A stretch of 63,451 nucleotides of DNA, the filler included, from Sluysia triapertura (Eukaryota), in the NCBI GenBank assembly GCA_046118255.1. It is 5 parts of 5 records of this genome, joined end to end, with 100 filler letters (N's around TTAATTAATTAA, not from the genome) between each part and the next. Parts side by side here need not be neighbours in the genome. Positions count along the whole stretch, not along the records: positions 36,231 to 47,770 come from JBJNIA010183502.1; positions 47,871 to 63,451 come from JBJNIA010224241.1; 3 more parts are not named here. The stretch is one strand, 5' to 3'. The notes below the pieces were generated by a model. The model was not told the origin of the DNA and ran no database searches. It was given only the letters and a program-made list of their open reading frames with translations. Of this stretch, positions 38,043 to 50,275 are shown piece by piece. Numbering within the stretch: position 1 is the stretch's first letter; every line of letters begins with the position of its first letter. The position numbers were made by a program, and so were the translations under genes.

Positions 38043-41000
38043 AAATCAAAAAGGTTTTAAGTAATGCTCTAAAAAAATACTGGAGGATCTCAAAATTTCA
38101 TTATGCTTTTAACTATCTGGAGGTAAGTCAAAAATTTTACTCGAGTTAATTTATTAAGAGTAATATTAATAATTTTTTAATGTTCTATCAAAAATATTGA
38201 TTAAATTCTTTTGTGTAAAAGTCAATAATAATAACGTTTATGAAATGAATTTATCAATAATAATAATAATGTTAATAAAGTGATTTTACGTTGATTTCTT
38301 GATTTGGAATCTATAAATTGATTTTTCGTAGTTAGAAATAAACTCTAACTTTTTGAAAACGTGTGGAATGATCAATTTTATAGTTACAACTATATAAATT
38401 AAATTATAGGCAACAATTAATGTCACTAATTTATTTTCCAAAAATTTAAGAGCGTACACAAAACGATAGACAAAAAATAAAATTTTTCACAAATTAACTA
38501 CTTGAGTTAATGAATAACAATAATAGATTTTAACAACGTATTTTATGTTGGATCCATGATAAGATCCTAAAAATTATTAAAAAGATTTTAAGTGGTATTT
38601 TACAAATGATACTCGAAGGTATCTGACCTCACATTAATTAAACTAACGTAAAATTTGTATGATAATAATCCGACCTTCATCAGATTAAAGCAACTGTTAA
38701 AAATTAATTTACTAAAACAAAATTTATTTAATAAATGTATTTTAATAACAAAATAATTAAAATAGTTTAGTAAATATACAAAATAATTAAAATTATAATA
38801 GTTTAATAATTAAACAAAATAATTAAAATTACTTACATTCAAAATTAAAAAACATTAGAATTCCAACAATAAAAATTTTCATGATTAATAAAATTCTAAA
38901 AATGATTTAAATAATCAATAAATCAATTAATGTTTATATTCACACAATTAATGCACACAAAATCAATGTTTATATGAATCATTATGTTTATCAATTAATG
39001 TTCACACATTCACCACATTATTATTTATTTATAATTTATTGTTATTATTATGATAATTATTATGACTAGGACGTTAGTCTTAGGACCCAGGAATATATAT
39101 GTAATATAACTTCAATGTTTTAAAAGTTGCTTTTCTAAAACAAAATACTAGTATTTCTATATAAATATTCTATATTTTATTACTTTTAGCCTCTATTTGT
39201 TTAATTTATTCTTTTAATATTAAATTCGAATTATATCTTAAGAAAGAGCTTCGCTCTATTATAATCTACAAGTTGCTTAATTTATGAAATGTTTATGTAA
39301 GATAGTGTAAGTCCTGTACTCGTCTCAGCTGTTCGAGATGGAAGTGCTTTAACAAAGAAAACGACATTATTTCAACCTTATTCCTTTAAATTTTATTTTG
39401 GATTTTCCTTATCCAAGCTTTATTTGTTTAAATTTTATTTTTAAAATTTTATTTACACTTTATCCTTTATAAAGCTTTATTTTATTCCACAAATTCTATT
39501 TCAAACCCCCTTAGATAAAAGTTAATTTAAGATAATAAAGAAAGGATCTCCATCTTTACTCAAAAGAATCAATATAATTTATGCAGGTGCATAAATAAAG
39601 TAAGTAGTTCATCTAAAAACCATATGATTGATTAATTACCTTCATTACAGGAATAAAAATAAAATAAAAACAATTTCCTTAGAAACATCCTGAATAAAAA
39701 AATAATTTTATCGTAGCTCACACAGAAATAAGCATTATAATCACACAATTAAAATCAAATATTACAAATAACGAACCACATGATTATTTTACTTTTTTTG
39801 CCTCAAGTGACTAAAAAATTGCCAAATAATTTTAAAAATTGTTTTTTTAAAAAACACAAAATTAATATTAAAATATATAACCAATGCAAATAACATTTAA
39901 AAATACACAATCAAAATATTAATTTTAAATAAAACAATAATTCACATTTAAAATTTTCAAAGTTAATATAAATTTTTAGTTATATAATATTTTTATCAAC
40001 TTATTAATGAATCTTGTAATAATTAATTAATAACTGATACTTTTAACAAAGCTTTTGATGGAGAAATAAATTAAGCAGGTTAATGGCCTCAAGACTAAAG
40101 CATACACAAATCGAGCTATTTCAACGAATATCATACGTTCTGAAACTATTCTTGCAGCTTCATCAAATTAAAAGATCATTATGGTTCAAAAACTCAAATA
40201 GACTTTAAAAATTTAGAGAAGAAAATAATTGATTCGAACAATTTGAAATGATCGAGATTGTATATGAACACTTGGATATATTTACGATAAAATTATAGTG
40301 TTGAGTATGCTAAAGGTCACTTATAGCTTAGATTAAAATTATCATTTAAAATGAAAATGTTGAATGATGCGTCATTTGAACTAAATAATGGCATTTTTTC
40401 TCCAATAAAAATGGAATTTAGATGCTTTTACTGTATCACCCAGTATTATTGGTAGTAAATTCTAAAAGTATCTTTTTCGATTGTAGAGATTAGTGTTATA
40501 ACATGGATTCTATGAAATAATACTTATTAAAAACCAAATTGCATTTTCAGAATATATTGTGTTTTAAGTTAAATAAATTTTTTCTTTTATTTTAAATATT
40601 TGACTTTTTATTTATACTTTGTAGTATAAAAACTGAATTTTTTTTGATTTGTTTATTAAAGTAAGTACGAATATTAAAGTAAAATTTCTATTATTTTTAT
40701 TTATTAATAAAACGGTTATGCAAATTCTACCCGTACTCCAAAATTAAAGGAGTCCTTTATAATTTTGCAACGCAATATACTTGTTTAAAATATGTCGTAA
40801 TGGTTTAGTAATAAATGTGAATATTTATTACTACAACAAGAACTAAAAATGAAATTTTATATTTTTAGTAATGCTTAGCATTTTGTTTTCCATGAAATGT
40901 TGGTAGCTTAATTTTATCTAGATTGAAACATTTAAATTGATAATAAATTTAAATATTGAGCTATTTGTAACTATTTTTTTGGAGAAACGTATTTATATTT

Positions 41001-42354
41001 CTATATTGCAATTACAAATTTGATTAAGATTTACCTTTACCAAAAAAATAATTACAGACGTAAAAATTTGATTATGGTGATATTTCTCATTGTGCGAGTA
41101 ATGTTAGTATTCCATATAGTTTATTTTAATTTTAATGTATTCGGAAGTAATTTTACAAAATCGTAATAGACAAAAAATTGTATTGCTTTATTTTATGAAT
41201 AATAATAATAATTATTATTATTAAGGTTTAGTGCTTGCAATTTTAAATTTATATTTAAGACTTGTGATTTTATTGTTTGTATTTTAGTTTAAGATTTGAA
41301 GGTTGGTGATATGTGAAAAGGTACATTAATGCATTGTAAGATGTCTTACTACAACTGTTTTCAAGTAATACTTAAAAACTTTCTTTATCTAATCTGTAAG
41401 CAATATCTTTAGGTTCAGTTGAGCTAAGGGAGAAATAAAGATGAAGATGAAGAAAGTAAGTATCTAGAAAGAACTTTGATCTTTAAATTTACTAGGCTAA
41501 TTGTAAAAAATTTAATTAACTTTATTTCTTTTATAGATTTAAATCGTACCTTAATTATCATTGTTAACAATTGTTGGATATCATTTAAAATTAAATTAAA
41601 GAAACTACAATTTATATTATAAAGACTTAAATTTAACTGAAACTTGATTATTAAAATATTGCGCTCGCTATTGTTAATTTTAGGGGGATGAGCAACTCTA
41701 AGTGAATAAGAATTCTAATATTTACAAATTTGTGTAACATAGAAAATTCAACGATGATTACTCAGAAATTACGAAGCTGTTCTATGGCACTATTTTCAAT
41801 ATTAAAAGTAATATTGTTTCGAGAATGAATGATAGGATTCCACAACTTGCCTCATTGTAGATAATTTTGTAGCATAATCTACCTTTTTTTATTTCACCGC
41901 TCTTTTATTTCATCTATTATATCTAATATATAGCTTTTAGCATCATTATGCAGCGGATAGGACTGTTTTTTTCTTTTATCTATTTTATCTAAGTTAGAGC
42001 TTTTAGTACCAGTGTTTCTGATAGCACTCAACATAATTCAGCTCAATTTTGGCAGCCATTTTTATTAATCGAAACATTTTTAAATACTTTTTAAATTTTG
42101 AAAACTTTAATTAATTTTTTAACCAGTTTTTTTGGTAAATAATTTTTGAATTTTCACAGTAACAATTTTTATGTCATCAATTTTATTGGGTGACTAACAT
42201 ATACATATTTGAACAGCCAATTCACATTTGATTGGATTTCGGTAAAAGCAGCATAAAACCTAATTAAATGTAATAAAATTATTATCATTAAGATTATTAT
42301 TATAGAATGTAAAACCATTTTATTATTACGAATTTAATAATTTGAGATTGACAA

Positions 42355-43560
42355 GTTACAACAACGTTCTTTAACTCTATATTTCTTTCAACGTAAAAAT
42401 ATTCTTACGTTTTTTTGTATTCTTACAGTACTAATTCTAATAATCTGAAATTTAGCAAGAGCTTGATAGCAAGGGCTTGCTTCATCCTTTTTCTACTAAA
42501 TATCGACGCGCATGCTTTTTCAACATTAAAACACTAGATTTGTAAAACTCGTTTTCTTGGTTAGTTCTTAATCACTGTGGTAGCAATTTTGATATTTTGG
42601 AAATTACATCGTAAAATAAAGAAATGTCCAAGCACTAAAATATTTTCGTATTACAAGACGAATTGAGTTTTTAAAAACGATTTATAGTGTTGAACATTCG
42701 AATTCTACTTTGCACAAATACAACGGTTTCCTGTATTTTACAATAATATTTGTATGTTTGGTATTGCAGTATGTTTTTTGTAAGACAATAATAGCTTGAC
42801 GTTGTTTCTTATAATTTCGTAAAACCATAATATTTTTGAATTATTAAAGCAGCTTGTTTATGTGACGAAATTTTCTGCGAACTATAAATGCCCGCATATA
42901 CTTCGGTATAACTTTGGCTTTTGATTTCATAATTAAAAATTTAAAAGTTCTAATTAAAAACTTACGAAAATTCTTTTGAATAACCGTAGAACTATGTTAG
43001 ATAACTAAAGTTTTCTTCATCAAATAACATCTACATGTTTTTGAATTAATATATTTGAATATTTTTATAACGTTTTCTAGCAAGATAAATTTTAAACTTT
43101 TTTTGAATACAAATAATTGCCTGCTTCTTTGTATTGCATCGTCGATATTGTTGAATCATTTTAATTTGAGCTTGACATTTCACAAATCCATTAATCATAA
43201 ATTTATACTTTTGGGGAGATTGATAACTTCGAATGACTTTGCACTAAAATTGCTGCCGATTTGATATGTTTGTATTCAAACAAATAATGATATTTCCTAC
43301 AACTTTTCTGTAAAACAATAACAGAAAGATAACATCGAACAAATGTGTGATAATGCTAGCCTTTTTGTACATTAAAATTTATGTATCCTTGTTTGCTTTA
43401 TCATCCCGAATTGTCATTGCTGTAACTATTATTACGTCATTACTGTTATTATCATTTTCCTTTTTATACGCATAAACATGTTTCCTCGTGTTATCAAGTT
43501 TACCCATTTTTTTATTGTAACAAATTTCAATATGTATTTGTCTCACAATTCGTGGCCTAC
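42355..43560 (-). pseudogene. ASPM/Asp-like tandem IQ-motif array, pseudogenised fragment
   Basis: Successive IQ-like units: IVLQKSCRKY, SAAILVQSH, QAIICIQKKFKIYLARKRY, STVIQKNFRKFLIR, AKVIPKYMRAFIVRRKF, QAALIIQKYY, QAIIVLQKTY and STVRIQKNVRIFLR. Numerous frameshifts and stops. Confidence 0.75.
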
Positions 43561-44977
43561 TGTTGACGAGAATTTATTCAAAATCTTCAAGTAATCGTTA
43601 GTTAATTTTATTTAAGTTCTTGCATATTTTATTGTCGTAAAATAAAAGTAAAATTTTTGATTACTTGTTGAAAGATTTTTTAATGTGATCTTCGTAACTT
43701 TTCATTAAATTGCAAATATCAATTATATATTAATCGTATAAATTGCTATTTTATTTTTATATACACTTAAGCTTGTAAACTACCGCCACTTATTTAATAA
43801 ACTTTATAGATTTAAACATTGTTATTTAATAAAGAGTTAATTTGCATGCCAATCTCTCGATTAAAAGTATAAATCAAAATTAACCTTTTTAATTTATAAA
43901 TTCAAAATTTCATCAACCGATTTTAAATTATTTTTTAAAATTTAAATACGCGACAGAATCATACTAAATTCTATCCGAATTTTGAGAATTACGTAAACAT
44001 CCAAATAACAGATAAGAATTATTAAGCATCAATTACAAAACCAAATTAAGAAGGGAAAATTAGAAAAGCCGAACTTTTTAAGAATTGATTAAGGAATTCT
44101 ACTTATTGATTAATAATGTGTAAGATTGCGTAACCCAATGGTAAGTAACCCAATATCTTAAGATAGGTATTAACCTCCATTGAAATAAGAATTAACATCC
44201 TAAGAACTAGCCGTAACTCGTAAGTTTAGGATCGTTGGGGGTACTTTATAACTTTTTAATGATTAATTATATACAATCCTAAACTAATCAAAAACTATTT
44301 TTATTTTTGGAACTTAAAAAGTTATAAATAATAATAATAATAATAATAATATAAAAATAATAATTTTTATGTTAATACATTAATTAATATATTATAATAA
44401 TACATTTATAAGACCTTTTAAGGTCATAAAAGTGATTATGTTCAATAATTATTTCACATTTGTAATTGTATTTGCATTAATAGTTTCACATTTATATTTG
44501 ACAATAGGTTCATAAATAATCATTAATAGTTTTGGAAAACATTTTCGATAAATATTTGTTTGCAATAAATTTTTTGTGTTCAATAATTTTTTCTGAAAAT
44601 GATTCTTTTATAAGAACCTGTATTTGGATATTCAAATTGAAACAAAGATATTTAATTGAACATTACTGCTCGGACATAAGTTTTTCTAGGTATTAACGTT
44701 AATATTATTTATGAGTTTACTGCATTTAATGTCTTTATAAAATCACATTCAAACGTATTTCTTAATTCTATTTCTCGTAGCATTTTAAAAAATCGCGTAA
44801 ACAATAATAAAAATTTTTATTAACAACTTTAATTAACTTTATTAATCTTTCAGGTTTTTATAAAAATTATTTGAGAATTTTTTGTACAATATTTTTCTTA
44901 ACTAACAATATTTAATTAATTTGTATTTAATTTTAATCAAACTCAAAACGTTTATCTGCAATCTTATTTTAAATAAT

Positions 44978-45212
44978 TGTTTGAGGCTGTCATCACACCC
45001 TATAAAATCATTTAAAATGCAATTATAACAATCTAAAATCATTTAAAACTCTTTTAAAATCTCAAAAATAATTTAAAATATATTTATTTTCTAAAAAAGA
45101 AATTTGTATTCCATTATTTTTCGAAAAAGGAAAACTCTCTTCTAAAAATAGAATAGAAGCTTCTGGAATGTTCTAGAATGGCTGATGACTAGTGTATAAA
45201 CTAGCAATCATA
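44978..45212 (+). mobile_element. 3'-truncated copy of the HSE-bearing LTR-like family
   Basis: TGTTTGAGGCTGTCATCACACCC..TCTAAAAATAGAATAGAAGCTTCTGGAATGTTCTAGAATGGCTGATGACTAGTGTATAAACT matches 7137-7390. Confidence 0.8.
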
Positions 45213-45405
45213 GCAGTGACTTTACATTCACAAACTTGTTTTTATACAATTTAGGTTGTTATTCCATACAATTCGTCATTTTGGTTACTATTGTGATTTT
45301 CTCCTGCGCGTGACCAAAAATGACAATTAAATGTTGCTAAAGTTTTTACTTCATTATTTTAAGTTGATTTTAAAAATTTTTATAAAATAATTTGAATTAT
45401 AAATT

Positions 45406-45471
45406 TGTTAGACTTCATAAAATGGACTGATCGGGGATCGAATCCGGGACCTCTCGTTGCGCAGTTCGATG
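45406..45471 (-). mobile_element. Truncated second copy of the tRNA-like TGTTAGAC element
   Basis: TGTTAGACTTCATAAAATGGACTGATCGGGGATCGAATCCGGGACCTCTCGTTGCGCAGTTCGATG aligns ungapped with 8141-8206. Similarity starts exactly at TGTTAGAC. Confidence 0.85.
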
Positions 45472-45994
45472 AATTGAATTGAAAACTTTTATTTTATAGC
45501 AAAAACAAGTACGTACGTAATCAAATAATATGGTACAATAAATATAAATAAATGGATCTATTTTATATAAAAAGGGTAGTTAATTGATTGTCCATTTAAG
45601 AAATTGATATTCGTGCTGCTGCTGCCGCTTGTGCTGCTGGTGATAAGGAACATGTTAATAATTGTTGAACTATGGAGCCACAAGCATACCATTGATAAGT
45701 CAGAAAGAACAATCACACCAATGATATATCACAGACATACAATTAAGTTGGTGAAATGAAGAAATGAGAATATAGGAAAATAAATAAAGGGAGAAAAAAA
45801 TATAAATAAAAATAAAAACAAACCATTGAATGCAAAATAAAAAGAAGGAGGAAATGAAAATGCAAATGTGAAAGACAATATTAGATTGATTATTCCCCAA
45901 AACCCAAAAGATTAAATATTAAAAGCCCCCAAGAGAGAGGATAAACAAACTCATTAAAGTACCAAGTTTAAGTCACATTTGACAAGAATATTAT

Positions 45995-47610
45995 TTATGC
46001 GGTATATTGGAGGGAATTATCCCTGTAGATATTAAAGGAGGATTCAATGGAGAGTATGATACACTGGCGTGCTAAACCAGTTATATCGGCCCTACGGAAG
46101 CCTAGTTTTTTCAGAAGGATATCATTTTCAGGATCCCAATAACCAAGTGTTAAGGGAAACCTGATATTTACGTTGTGTTTGGAGCTTATCTCTTTTGTCG
46201 GAATATTTCGTAATATTCGTAATATGCCTTAAATTTCTCATAATCATCAATCGGCGTCAATGAAAAAAAGTTGGGAGGAATTGGTATCTTGCGCTGTATA
46301 TCAGGTCTTCGATAGTCACCAGTAAGGTTGTTTGCGTGTCCATTTTGACTGAAAATCCCATTTGTTTAAGTTTATTATGTAAACATTCGAGAATCTTATT
46401 ATGACTAACTTACGGCTAATGATAGTTCGAGGGCAAAGACATAATACGTGGGCAGTTGTTTCCCGTTCAAAGCCACACCAACGACAAGTAATGAGAAGAT
46501 GCAGACGAATGTTTTTGTATAGAGAAATTAAGCTTAAGAATATCATTCCTAGCCTTAATCATAAAAATCCAACTCTGGTTGTTTAACCGTAAAGAAAACG
46601 GGCAACGAGATAGAGGATATCTAATGAATCATGCAACAAAGCGACCTTTGATTTTGTGGGATTTCAAAATGTTGGTGTTGAAGTGTTAATCAATTCATGA
46701 AGATATTTACCTATTTTCTCTTTATGAAACCGATTTAACATGACTTCACTTTTACCAAGGATGTCTCATTTGATATTTAATTTTATTTGGTCCTCACAGT
46801 AAAATAAGCTAACAGAAATTCGGTACTTTCGGCGAAAATTGAGGATAGATTGTTGAATTTTGGTCCACCATGACAGAAGTCCATTCAGCCAAAATAGAGC
46901 ATCAGAAATGTTCTAGCCTTTATTTAATCTATCATTGGCAACGCGAAGAATTTCATGCAATGCAAGGGTACGAATAAGGTTTGTTGGACTCTTAAATAGG
47001 CGGACGGCGCAAATTATTATTATTCTGGTACATATAGTCATCGTAAGAAGATATGAGGCTTAAACCGCCGTGATTTTTGTGTGCATAAAAGAAAGAATTG
47101 TTTAAAGTTTTTTCATCATAAACAACAGATTGAGGAATATTTTCGGATTGTCGTGCGTGAGGACTACTAAGAGTTTGGACATTAATATTTAGATTGCGCA
47201 AGTGAAATGGAAGGCGCAAGTGAATAAAGTTGCGAAACATAAGAAATTTGGACCATTGTTAAGTTCTCCCCAAGAAGGTCATACAGGTTTTGCTTTTTAA
47301 GTTCATCAAATGGATCCTCTAGGTAGATCGCATTTTCACCATCTTTCATATATACAATTTAGGTGCTATTAATGAAGACAGAAAGATTTGTCGAATCAGG
47401 GATATTGTGGAAATAGAAACACTTACTAGGGCGGAAGATCAGATTAGCAGATTTAGCTGAGCATCTTCTGGAGGTGTTTATGTAAAGTAGCAATAAGTGC
47501 AATAAGTGCATATGCAAGATAAGGGAAAATGATATTCCACTAATTGAGATATAATCTTCCATGGAGGTGAACCGATGAAAAGAGAAAAGAGTCATTGATG
47601 TAGTGGCCAA
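45995..47610 (-). mobile_element. Degenerate R2/NeSL-like (restriction-like endonuclease) non-LTR retrotransposon, 3' half
   Basis: RT remnants (YLAYA.., SANLIFRPSKC, HGGLSL), CCHC knuckle CRWCGFERETTAHVLCLC, RPD motif and C-terminal ILLKKLGFRRADITGLARQCIILSIESSFNIY. Frameshifted. Confidence 0.85.
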
Positions 47611-47770
47611 CTCCGTAAGTTAAGATGGTAAACAACCCCTTTAAAATAAAATTTATCACAATCATACTCTGCAACCATAATCACCACACAATTCATCACA
47701 TAAAACAACAATACATAATCACAACACTTTTCCAACTCACATTCACCAACGAAATAATCTATATCTCAAA

Positions 47771-47870
47771 NNNNNNNNNNNNNNNNNNNNNNNNNNNNNN
47801 NNNNNNNNNNNNNNTTAATTAATTAANNNNNNNNNNNNNNNNNNNNNNNNNNNNNNNNNNNNNNNNNNNN
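47771..47870. other. Artificial scaffold spacer
   Basis: N44-TTAATTAATTAA-N44. Confidence 0.97.
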
Positions 47871-47946
<76 letters not shown>

Positions 47947-48779
47947 AATTTAGTATATGTACATACTGAAGAAGTATACATTGTGATCTTCCCAGACATA
48001 AGAAACTGTCAAGTAAATATCTATATTCGAGGAATATTGATTTCAATTAACCTTTTTCGAAGAAACAGAATCCAACTCAATATATTTCTGTCACCATTTC
48101 TATTTGCGTCATAATTATAATTTTTTATTCTTCAACATTATTTATTATTGGCTTTACTCATAACAAATAAAATGTAGCAAATAATTATTCAATTTTCATC
48201 ATGCAGTACCTTCATTATAATCAGTATTATTTTACTACATAACCAACTTAATTCAAAAATAATTCACGTGAACCGTTTTATATATTATCATTTTGGCTAT
48301 GTATTCTATCTGTATAATTCATACTATAATTCTAACCGTGACTTTATTCTTACTAGTCAGTATTCATTTTTTTTAGTGGATTATCTCTGTTTTATTGGCG
48401 TCTACATTTGATCTGCAGATGTGACAGATTCCTGTCTCTCATTTTATGTTTGTTCGCTAATTTCTAAATTTATTTTCTTGTTAAGAGTTTTTTGGTATTT
48501 ATTAAGATCTTTAGACATTTCAGATGGTTCATTAACTCATTTTAGTGTCTCAAGGATTTTTTGGTATTGCGATGAAAGTGCAATTATTTTTATACTATAT
48601 TTTTATTATAAAAATTTTAAAATGATGTTATGTTTACAAATGGAGTTATTAGAATAGAAAAATCAAGTTAGCATATTTGTCAGATTCAACAACCATGTTT
48701 ACTTGCTTTGTAGTTGTTAAAGAACAATATAGCACATGTGATAACTTATTATTCGAACGAAAGAACTAGCACTGGAATA

Positions 48780-49210
48780 ATTGAAATATGGACTGTAGTT
48801 GAGCGAATTTTAAAAAGTACTTTAGGATAGAAGTCGCATTGTAGGCGAGAAATAAGTCATGTGTTTCCAGATCAGCATAAAATTAAAAAACGAGATATGA
48901 CTCGAAAGTTAATTGAGAAATTGAAAAAATGCTAGTTTAAGTTTGTCTCTAGCGAAAATGGATTTATCTGAGATATGTATGAATTATTCTGGGTGTCAGA
49001 ATGTAGCTCAGATATTGGACCAACAAATGCTAGATGAACACAATAAGGTAAAATATAGATAATTTTTGTTACTGTTAATGTTACTATGAAATTCTATGGC
49101 AGCTGAAAAATATATCAAATACCTCCCAACATCTGAATTTTGGCGAGATAAATTACACAATATTAAAAGGATAAATGATAATGCTCATCCACATGTCAGT
49201 ACTCACCAAA
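48780..49210 (+). mobile_element. Degenerate mariner-like transposase fragment
   Basis: VERILKSTLG*K..RREISHVFPDQHKIKKR (cf. TV..IL...LG..K...RWVPH.L...QK..R) and NDNAHPHVS (cf. HDNARPHVA). Confidence 0.6.
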
Positions 49211-50275
49211 AAATTATATTATTGATTATATTATATTATTATATTATACATTGCGTTCTTAAAGCAATTATCACTCTATTTGAATTTTTAAGACTTACAA
49301 TGTCCAATAAAAATTTGTGTCCTAATGTTAAGAAATCATACTGCGCTAGAAGTTACCAATGAATTCAAGTATTTAAATTATATCCCTTGGGATTATTAAA
49401 ACCAAATTATTAAAATATTTATTGTATGTTATATTCAATCACTTAAATACTTATGTGTTAAAACGGAATTGTTAAAATATTCCTTGTGATCGATCTATAT
49501 TCAAATTATTAAAACCAAATTATAAGTCATGTCAAATTGCTGAAATACTTCCTGTCAATGAAATAACAATCATGTTTTTATCAGAAGTTCCTGATTTACA
49601 TAGTATTTTCCACTGATATTAATTATCCAGCTATTGATAATTTCTTGAATTCCACTTTATAATACTTTTTTTAGTTATTTTTTATTTTTTAGCCAATGTA
49701 TGATGTGATTAACCAATGAGATATGATCAATTTCATCTAAATATGAATTAATTTTCTTATCTAATAACGAATTAGTTATAATTTATATTTTTATACATTC
49801 AAACCAGCAATAATACGTTGGTTTTAGCAGTTTGTGTTTATTAGTAGTCGTTTTTCATTTGATTTTATTTTCATGTTTTTTCATTCTGTGGTGGGCTAAC
49901 ACTGTTGAGCTTCTAATAATTTCAGTTTTTGCAAATTTTTATATATTTTATACATACATTTTAAAGAAATAATAATCTTAAATCTATATATAATTTGTGA
50001 CAATTAATGAATATACTTATTTTAATTGTTTGGTTGAATGTAATTTCTACGTATGAGTATTTTAAGAAAATGAATTATAAGAAAAAATGTAACACGAAAA
50101 TGAAAATTGTTCTAGAAAATTTCTCAATTAAATCTTGTTAAAATATAAATTTATTTAAATAAAATATATTTATAAAGTTAATATGTCTCAAAGTTTCATA
50201 ATAGATTTTTTATGTACGATAAAATGTCACCAAAATAATTGACAATTAATTCACCAAAAATATAATATCACTAAC

